Shown: positions 7,724 through 14,893 of the stretch, in pieces
Position numbering within the stretch: the first letter of the stretch is position 1
How the letters are laid out: every line of letters starts with the position of its first letter
Assembly: GCA_964383665.1 (NCBI GenBank)
Contig: CAYLHO010000002.1
Span: forward strand, 2,544-66,543
Length of the DNA: 64,000 nucleotides
Source of the DNA: an uncultured Lachnospiraceae bacterium
Lineage (GTDB): Bacteria > Bacillota > Clostridia > Christensenellales > UBA1242
Direction of reading: 5' to 3'
Translations under genes and position numbers: made by a program
Notes under the pieces: model-generated
Database searches by the model: none
Seen by the model: the letters and a program-made list of their open reading frames with translations, nothing else
Told to the model about the DNA's origin: nothing

Positions 7724-9403
7724 ATGAACACAAATCAACAAATTGCAGATTTACTTTTCCCAAATGTTAACATAACCGTTGATGAAATAATTAAAAAATA
7801 TCCGCCACGCAATTTGGGCGAAAATTGTTTGGTTACAAGATTTGCGCCAAGCCCAACCGGGTATATACATATTGGTGGCGTTTATCAATGTTTAATTAAC
7901 TCCTATCTTGCTCATCAAAGCAACGGAATTTTCTATTTAAGATGTGAGGACACCGATAAGAAGCGCGAAGTTGAAGGCGCGGGCAACCTTATTTATCCAA
8001 CGCTTAAGAAGTTGGGAATTAAAATTGATGAGGGCTTTGAGGGCTATGAAAAAGAAAGCGGCAACTATGGGCCATATCTTCAAAGCCAAAGAACGTTGTT
8101 CTATCAAGCGTTTGCAAAAGATCTTGTTTCGCGCGGACTTGCATATCCATGTTTTTGCGAAGACGATGACGAGAATGCAGATTATCGAAGCGAGCAAAAA
8201 CGTCTTGGCGTTCCAATTGGATATTATGGACGATGGGCAAAATGCCGCAATCTTTCCTATGAACAAATTAAACAAAACATTGAGGAAGGGAAAAGCTTTA
8301 AGATAAGAATTAAAGCCGACGGGGACGGAACGAAAAAAATAAATTTCCACGATGAACTCAGAGGAGATATTTCGTTTTTTGAAAACCAAATTGATTATGT
8401 AATTCTTAAAAGCGATGGGACGGCTCTCTATCACCTTGCCCATTTGGTTGACGATTCTCTTATGCACACTTCAATTGTAATTCGCGATGAGTCGTGGCTT
8501 TCAAGCGCTCCTTTCCACTTGCAATTGTTCAGATATATGAACTTAACGCCTCCAAAATATTTACACACTGCGCAAATTATGACAATCGACAAAGAAACAG
8601 GGGCAGTTAGGAAAATTAGCAAGCGTTATGATAATTGGGCCGACAGCCGTTGGTTTTTGGAAAATGGTTATCCAACAGAGGCAATCCATGAATATCTTTT
8701 GAATCTTATCAATTCAAATTTTGAGCTCTGGCGCAAGGCAAATCCAAATTCCGAAATTGGGGATTTTAAACTTACTGTTGAAAAAATGAGCAAGAGCGGA
8801 GGAATTTTCGACCTTGAAAAATTGAACAGTGTTTCAAAAGACGTCATATCAAAAATGAACAAAGAAAAACTTTTTGAGTTGTCTTATGAATGGGCAAAAA
8901 CCTACGACGAAAAACTTTTAGGATTAATTGAAATTTCCCATGAATATTACAAAGACGTTTTAAACATTGAGCGTGAGCAGCCAAAACCAAGCAAAGATTA
9001 TGAAACATATAAAGATATCTATCCAAAAATTCTTTTCATGTATGAAAAAGGTTTTGAGGAGATGGCAAAGAACTACGATTTTAAGCTTATCAAGGATAAG
9101 GCGCAAATTTTGGAAATTGCAAAGTTGTATCTTCAAAATTTCTACGATCAAAACGACGACAAGCAAACTTGGTTCGCAAAATTAAAACAAATGTGCGATC
9201 AACTTGGATTTGCAAGCGACATGAAAGCATATAAGCAAAACCCTGAAAACTATAAAGGAAACGTTGCCGATGTTAGCACTGTTATTCGCGTTTTGTTCAC
9301 AACAAAATCTTGCACACCCGATTTGTATCAAATTTTGAAACTTCTTGGGAAAGAGCAACTTGGAAAACGAATTAAGATGTTTGAAGAAAACTATGAAAAT
9401 TAA
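7724..9403 (+). CDS. gltX: Glutamate--tRNA ligase
   Basis: Class I HIGH region RFAPSPTGYIHIGG and a KMSKS-type KISKR. RBS GGAG lies upstream. It is divergent from gatCAB. Confidence 0.9.
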   Translation: MNTNQQIADLLFPNVNITVDEIIKKYPPRNLGENCLVTRFAPSPTGYIHIGGVYQCLINSYLAHQSNGIFYLRCEDTDKKREVEGAGNLIYPTLKKLGIKIDEGFEGYEKESGNYGPYLQSQRTLFYQAFAKDLVSRGLAYPCFCEDDDENADYRSEQKRLGVPIGYYGRWAKCRNLSYEQIKQNIEEGKSFKIRIKADGDGTKKINFHDELRGDISFFENQIDYVILKSDGTALYHLAHLVDDSLMHTSIVIRDESWLSSAPFHLQLFRYMNLTPPKYLHTAQIMTIDKETGAVRKISKRYDNWADSRWFLENGYPTEAIHEYLLNLINSNFELWRKANPNSEIGDFKLTVEKMSKSGGIFDLEKLNSVSKDVISKMNKEKLFELSYEWAKTYDEKLLGLIEISHEYYKDVLNIEREQPKPSKDYETYKDIYPKILFMYEKGFEEMAKNYDFKLIKDKAQILEIAKLYLQNFYDQNDDKQTWFAKLKQMCDQLGFASDMKAYKQNPENYKGNVADVSTVIRVLFTTKSCTPDLYQILKLLGKEQLGKRIKMFEENYEN

Positions 9404-9404
9404 A

Positions 9405-9431
9405 AAGACCAGCAATTATGCTGGTTTTTTG
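9405..9431. terminator. Bidirectional terminator between gltX and the nucleoside hydrolase gene
   Basis: ACCAGCA-atta-TGCTGGT with an A-run before and a T-run after. It sits between two convergent stops (9403 and 9432). Confidence 0.7.
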
Positions 9432-10373
9432 TTATTCAAATTTGAATTTTTCAAGTTTGCGGATTGCATCAAAATAGAATTTATGCATTTCCTCTTTATT
9501 AACTCCAACGGCAAGTTCAATGTTGCTGTTTTCGTCTTTTCTGATTATTGTTTTCCCTGGGGTTTCAACAAGGTCAACTTCAATTGAAATTTTTTCTGTT
9601 TTAAAAAGGTTTGGATTTCTGCAAATTAAAACAGCGCAGGTGTCGTTTGTTGCAATTCGTTTGTCGTCATAGAAACGTTCCCAATAGCCCCAATACATTG
9701 AGGAAAGGAATTTGCCTGTGTCGTTAATTTTTGCCATTTCGTTAATTTGCTCTTCGGTGAAGTTTGCAAGCTCACGCCCCATTTTTGATGGTATAATTGT
9801 TAATGGAATTCCACTGTGTGTTGTTAGGTAGAATGCTTCTGGGTCGCTTGAAACGTTGAACGAAAGATGATTTGCCCAGCGTGCGTCGGAATCCTCATAG
9901 CCATTAAGCGAGCACCCTTCGCAATAGATATGTGAAATCATGTTCTTAACATCTGGGTGTTTAACAAGAAGATTTCCAAGATTCGTGTGTGGGCCAAGGG
10001 CAATAATTTTAATTTCGCCCGCATATTTTTTGATTGCTTCATACATTGCCTCAACGGCGTCTTTTTCAATTGGCTTTGTTGAAACCGTTTCTGGAGGAAC
10101 ATATCCGCCCATTCCAAATTTTTGATGGATATATGTTGCGTCTTTTGGTTCGCGTTTCATTGGTTTTTCTGCGCCACGCGCAACAGGAATGTCGGTTCTG
10201 TTATATTTTTCAAGAAGGTGAATTGCGTTTTTTGTTGTTAAATTAATGTCAACGTTTCCACTTACACTTGTTAGAAGAACGATATCAAAAAAATCGTCAT
10301 AAAGCGAAAGAATTATTGCGGCGCTGTCGTCAACGCCAGGATCTGTGTCGATAATAACTTTTTGTTTTTCCAT
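9432..10373 (-). CDS. Inosine/uridine-preferring nucleoside hydrolase family protein
   Basis: N-terminal DTDPGVDDSAAIILSL (DXDXXXDD aspartate cluster) and full-length IU_nuc_hydro-like sequence. Confidence 0.85.
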   Translation of the reverse strand: MEKQKVIIDTDPGVDDSAAIILSLYDDFFDIVLLTSVSGNVDINLTTKNAIHLLEKYNRTDIPVARGAEKPMKREPKDATYIHQKFGMGGYVPPETVSTKPIEKDAVEAMYEAIKKYAGEIKIIALGPHTNLGNLLVKHPDVKNMISHIYCEGCSLNGYEDSDARWANHLSFNVSSDPEAFYLTTHSGIPLTIIPSKMGRELANFTEEQINEMAKINDTGKFLSSMYWGYWERFYDDKRIATNDTCAVLICRNPNLFKTEKISIEVDLVETPGKTIIRKDENSNIELAVGVNKEEMHKFYFDAIRKLEKFKFE

Positions 10374-10390
10374 GTTGTTTCCTTTTAGAA

Positions 10391-10431
10391 GTGATATAAA
10401 AATAATATATCACATTTAAATTTTTATTCAA
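10391..10431 (-). promoter_or_regulatory. Promoter with an overlapping perfect palindrome (candidate operator) for the nucleoside hydrolase gene
   Basis: The minus strand reads TTGAAT (10426-10431), 16 nt, TGa-TATATT (10404-10409). The 8-bp inverted repeat GTGATATA-N7-TATATCAC (10391-10413) covers the -10 and start region. Confidence 0.4.
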
Positions 10432-10511
10432 ATTTTTTAGCAAGTTAATTTTTTAACAGAAAAAAATTTTTTTCATATATTGGAATTAGAACATAATTCA
10501 GGAGGAAATAT

Positions 10512-11282
10512 ATGGCAAAAATTGAAAACACTTCGTCGCTTACATCAAAATATAGTTTGCCCGATGGAACGCAAAAACAAAACAGCGTTACAAGCAACAC
10601 ATCAACAACAGAAAACATGACAACAGCACTTGAAAAAGTTAGAACATCGTCAAAAAATTTTGGTGTCCCAGAAGACGAAATCGAAATAACTTTAAAACTT
10701 ACAAATAACAGCGAGTATGATGTTGAAAACTTAACTTTAACCGACACAATTTCAAGTGACGCAACGTTTAAGGCTGGTTCGCTTAAAGTTGATGGGGGAG
10801 TTGACGCAAGCGGAAATCCAACAACGGGTTACACATTAACAACCCCAATAACTGCCTCGGGCGGAATGGTTACAATTTCATACACAATTTCAATTGCGGA
10901 AAGCCCAAATGATGATAAAGTTACAACAACTTCGGAAATAACCTATTCAGCCGCCGATGCCGACGACTTAACAGAAACTTTAACAACAATTGAAATTCCT
11001 CTTACAATTGAGGGAATGGAAATAACCCAAAAAGTTTCAAAACAGGTTGTTGTTGCCGGACAAACAATAACATTCAGCAACATCATAACAAACAATGGTA
11101 ATGTTAAAAACACCGAACTTTTCTTCTCGAACAATCTTCCAGCAGGAACAGAATTTATTAGCGAAAGTGTTAAGGTTGATGAAGTTTCAATGCCAACCTA
11201 TAATCCAAATGACGGGTTTAACTTGAAAGATTTGGATACTGGCAACACTGTTAAAGTTTCATTCGATGTTAAGGTTCTTTAA
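10512..11282 (+). CDS. DUF11-like (conserved repeat domain) protein, two repeats, no signal peptide
   Basis: RBS GGAGG. Two copies of the pattern ..TNN(S/G)...V.N..L.D.(I/L)....F..GS.KVD.. are present (ITLKLTNNSEYDVENLTLTDTISSDATFKAGSLKVDG and ITFSNIITNNGNVKNTELFFSNNLPAGTEFISESVKVDE). The N-terminus is Thr/Ser-rich and has no hydrophobic leader. Confidence 0.75.
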   Translation: MAKIENTSSLTSKYSLPDGTQKQNSVTSNTSTTENMTTALEKVRTSSKNFGVPEDEIEITLKLTNNSEYDVENLTLTDTISSDATFKAGSLKVDGGVDASGNPTTGYTLTTPITASGGMVTISYTISIAESPNDDKVTTTSEITYSAADADDLTETLTTIEIPLTIEGMEITQKVSKQVVVAGQTITFSNIITNNGNVKNTELFFSNNLPAGTEFISESVKVDEVSMPTYNPNDGFNLKDLDTGNTVKVSFDVKVL

Positions 11283-11494
11283 TGGCAAAAATTTTACAAT
11301 TCCAATCTGAACTAACTTGCAAACAAAACGATCAAGTTAGAAACTATAAGAGCAACATTGTTGAAGTTCAAGTTTTGCCCGCATCAACAATTGTTCGCCC
11401 TCGACCATATATTTTGCCTCAAGACGGCTGTTTAAAGCCGAAAAGGAAAAACAACTGTGCTTGTCTTTTGCTCCTTTTTCTTATGAAAGGTTAG
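11282..11494 (+). CDS. Small hypothetical protein (70 aa) with a basic, Cys-rich, hydrophobic C-terminus
   Basis: Its start overlaps the upstream stop as TAATG. Like the upstream protein it opens with MAKI. The C-terminus is CLKPKRKNNCACLLLLFLMKG. No family was recognised. Confidence 0.4.
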   Translation: MAKILQFQSELTCKQNDQVRNYKSNIVEVQVLPASTIVRPRPYILPQDGCLKPKRKNNCACLLLLFLMKG

Positions 11495-11511
11495 GAAAAG
11501 TTTAGAAAAAA

Positions 11512-11556
11512 GAAAACTGGAAACAATTTTGTTATGAGAAATTTTCCAGTTTTTTT
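11512..11556 (+). terminator. Hairpin plus T-run overlapping the lipoprotein start codon (terminator-like or translational structure)
   Basis: AAAACTGGAAA (11513-11523) pairs perfectly with TTTCCAGTTTT (11543-11553). The 19-nt loop contains the ATG at 11534. A T-run follows. Confidence 0.35.
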
Positions 11557-12367
11557 CTTTGCTCTTGTTTTAACGCTTGCAAGCGTTGTTGTTGGCTGCT
11601 CAAAGTTAACTGTTATAAAAGATGAAACCGAAACATGCGCTGCGCTTTCAACGAAACTTGTTTCAACTTTTTTTAACAAAACAGAAGGAGAAACTCTTAA
11701 CGAGGCAACCGACCAAAATTTTTATGTTGAAGTTGCAACCGACGAATCGCAAGATCTTTCTGCAATAACAATCAATAACATAATTTATAAAAAAGATAAG
11801 TCGTTCCGCTTTAGCGTTGGAAACAACAACTTTTTGGAAGTGCCGGTTTGGAGGCTTAACGAGCAAAGTTTTCAAATTGCTTTGCCGGTTTTGTATGTTG
11901 AAGCGAAGGGCGGAATAACAAAAATTGAGGCAGGGAAGAAGGTCTATTCAATTCGTGTTTTCAAAGATTCGGGTTCGATGAGCATTGGCGATGTTGGCGT
12001 TTTTGGCGATAAAGAAGGTGCGCAAGCAACAAAACAGGTTGATTCGGCAGGGGAAACAGTTGTTAAACATTCCCGAGAGAGCGGAAAAACGAGCGTAGGG
12101 TTTGTTTTAACAAAAGACAAACAGCCAATTCAAAAAGGATTAGTTCTTTTCACTCGAAAACTTTTTCAAGAAAACAATTCAATTTCCTATGGCGTTGATG
12201 TTTCGTCAAACGCAGAGGAAAAAGGGTTTACGTTAGAATTCTATAACTACTTTAAAGACTGGGAAATTGAAACCCCAAAAAACAGAACAATCAAATATTC
12301 AGTTGCTTCGCCAAGCGTTGGAAGTTTAACTTTTGAACTTCAAGTAACCGAAAAAATTCCAAAATAA
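11534..12367 (+). CDS. Hypothetical lipoprotein
   Basis: MRNFPVFFFALVLTLASVVVGC-SKL: hydrophobic leader with lipobox VVGC. No family was recognised. Confidence 0.75.
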   Translation: MRNFPVFFFALVLTLASVVVGCSKLTVIKDETETCAALSTKLVSTFFNKTEGETLNEATDQNFYVEVATDESQDLSAITINNIIYKKDKSFRFSVGNNNFLEVPVWRLNEQSFQIALPVLYVEAKGGITKIEAGKKVYSIRVFKDSGSMSIGDVGVFGDKEGAQATKQVDSAGETVVKHSRESGKTSVGFVLTKDKQPIQKGLVLFTRKLFQENNSISYGVDVSSNAEEKGFTLEFYNYFKDWEIETPKNRTIKYSVASPSVGSLTFELQVTEKIPK

Positions 12368-12394
12368 AACCCAAGGTTTTTGCCTTGGGTTTTT
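12367..12394. terminator. Bidirectional terminator
   Basis: AAACCCAAGG-tttttg-CCTTGGGTTT flanked by an A-run and a T-run, between convergent stops (12367 and 12393). Confidence 0.75.
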
Positions 12395-13544
12395 ATAAGT
12401 CAGCAATAATTTTTGCAATTTCATCAGCCCCGTTTTTGTTAGGGTTGAATTGTTTTGTGTTTTCAATATATGGGCTTAACTTGTTCGTGTTTGTTGCAAA
12501 ATCTTCAATAATAAGGCGTGCTTTTTTTGCATCGTTGCAAAAAAGTCCAACTTTATAGTGATTAACAAACAAAGCGTTTGTTGCTTTCTCAATTGGTCCG
12601 CTATAGAAATTTGTTAAAATTGGAGTACCCATGAAAATGCTGTCGAGAATTGCATTTGGACCGGCTTTTGTTACGAAAAGATCTGCGCTCTTATATAACT
12701 CTTGAACGTCTTTAACAAAAGGAAAAGGACGAAGAGTTATGTTCGATTTTGTTTTGTCTTTCAAATTGTTATATTTGTTAAAAACCTTTTCGTTTTTTCC
12801 TGCAATTGGAATTATTGTTAAATTAATGTCGGATTTCAAAAGTTCATCGGTGAAACTTTCAAGTTTTGCGCTTGCATATGCGCCGTCGGCAAGGACAATT
12901 GTGAAATTATCCTTTGGAAGGGCATATTTTTCGCGATAAAAATCTTTTGCTTCCGTTGTTTTAACAACCGATTCGCGGGTTACAAAATTAACCTGTTTAA
13001 CAGTTTCTTTTTTAAAATGTTTTTTGGAAACAGCCTCTTCTGTTGCTTTGTCGTTGTTTGTTATGAAAAGGTCTCCTTCGCGCGTCCACCAGCCGTGAAC
13101 ATTTGGGTCGGGGTCGTATGTCACAATTTTTGTGTTTTGGAGCTTCCCTTTCTTTTTTGCGCAGGCAGCAAAGTGGCTTGGGCAAAAGTGGGTTGAAACA
13201 ATAACATCAGGGTTTATTTCTTCAAAATGTTTGATAATTTTGTTTTTAACTTTTCTAAAAACAGTGTTATAAGCTAGGTTCAATGTTCCAACTTCTGTTA
13301 ACAGCTTCATTGCGACGCATTGAAAGCCAAGATGAAGAGGATTTTTGTTTGAGCGTTTAACTTCTTTAACCAAGAATTTTTCATACTTGATTAAATCCTT
13401 GTCGCCGCTGTCGCGGAATATGTAGTCGCGAATAACCTCAATTGAATCACCATAAAGTTTTTCAAGCCCGTTTGCAATTGCCTCGGCGGTTACAATATGT
13501 CCTTGCCCGGCTTCAACAAAAGTTATTAAAACTCTTTTCTTCAT
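12393..13544 (-). CDS. Glycosyltransferase, MGDG-synthase/UgtP-like (GT28-type) diacylglycerol glycosyltransferase
   Basis: N-terminus MKKRVLITFVEAGQGHIVTAEAIANGL (the GxGH motif of the MGDG_synth N-domain) and a C-terminal GT-B half. There is a 4-nt ATGA overlap with the upstream GT4 gene. Confidence 0.75.
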   Translation of the reverse strand: MKKRVLITFVEAGQGHIVTAEAIANGLEKLYGDSIEVIRDYIFRDSGDKDLIKYEKFLVKEVKRSNKNPLHLGFQCVAMKLLTEVGTLNLAYNTVFRKVKNKIIKHFEEINPDVIVSTHFCPSHFAACAKKKGKLQNTKIVTYDPDPNVHGWWTREGDLFITNNDKATEEAVSKKHFKKETVKQVNFVTRESVVKTTEAKDFYREKYALPKDNFTIVLADGAYASAKLESFTDELLKSDINLTIIPIAGKNEKVFNKYNNLKDKTKSNITLRPFPFVKDVQELYKSADLFVTKAGPNAILDSIFMGTPILTNFYSGPIEKATNALFVNHYKVGLFCNDAKKARLIIEDFATNTNKLSPYIENTKQFNPNKNGADEIAKIIADL

Positions 13545-14740
13545 GCGCCTTTCTCCGTTTTGTGTTTTTGTTTATAATCGTCAATTATGTGATAGTAGGT
13601 TTCAAGAATTTCGTCGGTCACGGCTTTGTCGCTGTAAACCCGATAAATTGTTTTATATGCTTCGCCTCCAATTTCAACAAGTTTATCTTTGTTTTCATAA
13701 GCCCAAAGCATTTTCTTTGCATAGCTTTCTGGGACGTTCTTTGCAATTAATCCGTTAACAAGGTCGGTCATCTTTTCTGCTGGAGCCATGTTCTCAATAA
13801 CAAGAGTTGGTTTCGAGAAAGCAGCCGCCTCAACTTGAATAAGCCCAGCGCTATCCATATAGGAAGGGAACAAAACAAGATTTGCTCTTGCATAGAAAGC
13901 CGAAAGGAGTTCTCGGTCCTTAACCATTCCTGTCATAACAATGTAGTTTTCAAGCCCAAGTTTTTTAACTTTTGCTTGTGTTTTTTTGAAGTAATCGCCG
14001 TCGCCAACGAGGAAAATTTTAAGGTTCAAATTTTTGGCTTTCAAAAGATTCATTGCGTCAATAATTAAATCAACATTTTTAACTTTAACCATTCTTGAAA
14101 CAAAAGTCATAACAAAAGTGTTCTCATCAATGCCATACATCTTGTTAATTCTTTCTTCAAGTTCTTTGGTGTTTTCTGGAGCAACAAATTCAATTGCGTT
14201 GTTCATAACCGTAACATCTTTTGTTACGCCATATGGACGAACGTAATCGCGGCAGTAGCCCGTAACTGCCCAAACATAGTCCGCTTTGTTTGTCTTTTTC
14301 ATAAAGTGGGAGGTTATTAAATTCGCAAGATGTTCGCTTCTAACATAGTGTTTAACATCAGGCTTAAAAATGCTGTGGACTGTTGCAACAACCGGTATGT
14401 TAAGTTTTTTCCCAACCTTATAGGCATAGTTCATAAGATTTGCTGGGGAATGACAGTGGATTATGTCATAACCGCCTTCTTCAACTTCTTTTCTGAACTT
14501 TTTGTCAAGCCCTGGATATGCCAAGCCGTCGGTTGTTATTGCGTTGTTGTAGCCTGCGCAACGGATAATTTTGTATGGGCGTTCTGGGTCGGTGTAGTTC
14601 TTTGCCTTAACCGTTCCAACCGTAACATCAGCATATTTGCTTAGCGCAATGCTGCTTTTGTCAACAACAGTGCTAATTCCGCCAACAACTGGGAAATAGG
14701 TGTCGATTAAATTTAAAATTTTAAGTTTTTTTCTTTTCAT
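13541..14740 (-). CDS. Glycosyltransferase family 4 (group 1)
   Basis: LNLIDTYFPVVGGISTVV N-terminus and a GT-B C-terminal half with SYMDSAGLIQVEAAAFSKPTLV (E-x7-E-like region). RBS GGAGG. Confidence 0.8.
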   Translation of the reverse strand: MKRKKLKILNLIDTYFPVVGGISTVVDKSSIALSKYADVTVGTVKAKNYTDPERPYKIIRCAGYNNAITTDGLAYPGLDKKFRKEVEEGGYDIIHCHSPANLMNYAYKVGKKLNIPVVATVHSIFKPDVKHYVRSEHLANLITSHFMKKTNKADYVWAVTGYCRDYVRPYGVTKDVTVMNNAIEFVAPENTKELEERINKMYGIDENTFVMTFVSRMVKVKNVDLIIDAMNLLKAKNLNLKIFLVGDGDYFKKTQAKVKKLGLENYIVMTGMVKDRELLSAFYARANLVLFPSYMDSAGLIQVEAAAFSKPTLVIENMAPAEKMTDLVNGLIAKNVPESYAKKMLWAYENKDKLVEIGGEAYKTIYRVYSDKAVTDEILETYYHIIDDYKQKHKTEKGA

Positions 14741-14770
14741 TAAGTTTTCCTCCGTTTTATTACAAAATTT

Positions 14771-14799
14771 ATTGTATCATAACTTAAATATATTTACAA
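14771..14799 (-). promoter_or_regulatory. Promoter candidate for the GT4-GT28 operon
   Basis: The minus strand reads TTGTAA, 17 nt, TGa-TACAAT. Confidence 0.5.
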
Positions 14800-14818
14800 A
14801 CTTTAACTTAAAAAACAT

Positions 14819-14847
14819 TTGACTAAATTTCATGCTGAAAGTATAAT
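14819..14847 (+). promoter_or_regulatory. Sigma-A promoter for valS-cca
   Basis: TTGACT (14819-14824), 17-nt spacer, TATAAT (14842-14847). Confidence 0.6.
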
Positions 14848-14893
14848 AATTTTGCACTAACTTTTGGGTGCAAATTTTTTACGAGGGCAAAAA

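Noticed and set aside
7937-9415. Antisense and alternate-frame ORFs inside gltX (for example 7937-8467 minus, 7944-8306 plus, 9182-9415 minus)
   Set aside because: They overlap a confidently identified GluRS frame and have no RBS or recognisable motif.
14741-14893. Possible T-box riboswitch leaders upstream of valS (14741-14893) and gltX (7530-7723)
   Set aside because: The leaders downstream of the predicted promoters are only about 30-45 nt. I could not find the conserved T-box sequence (AAnnnGGGTGGTACCGCG-like) or a specifier-loop architecture.
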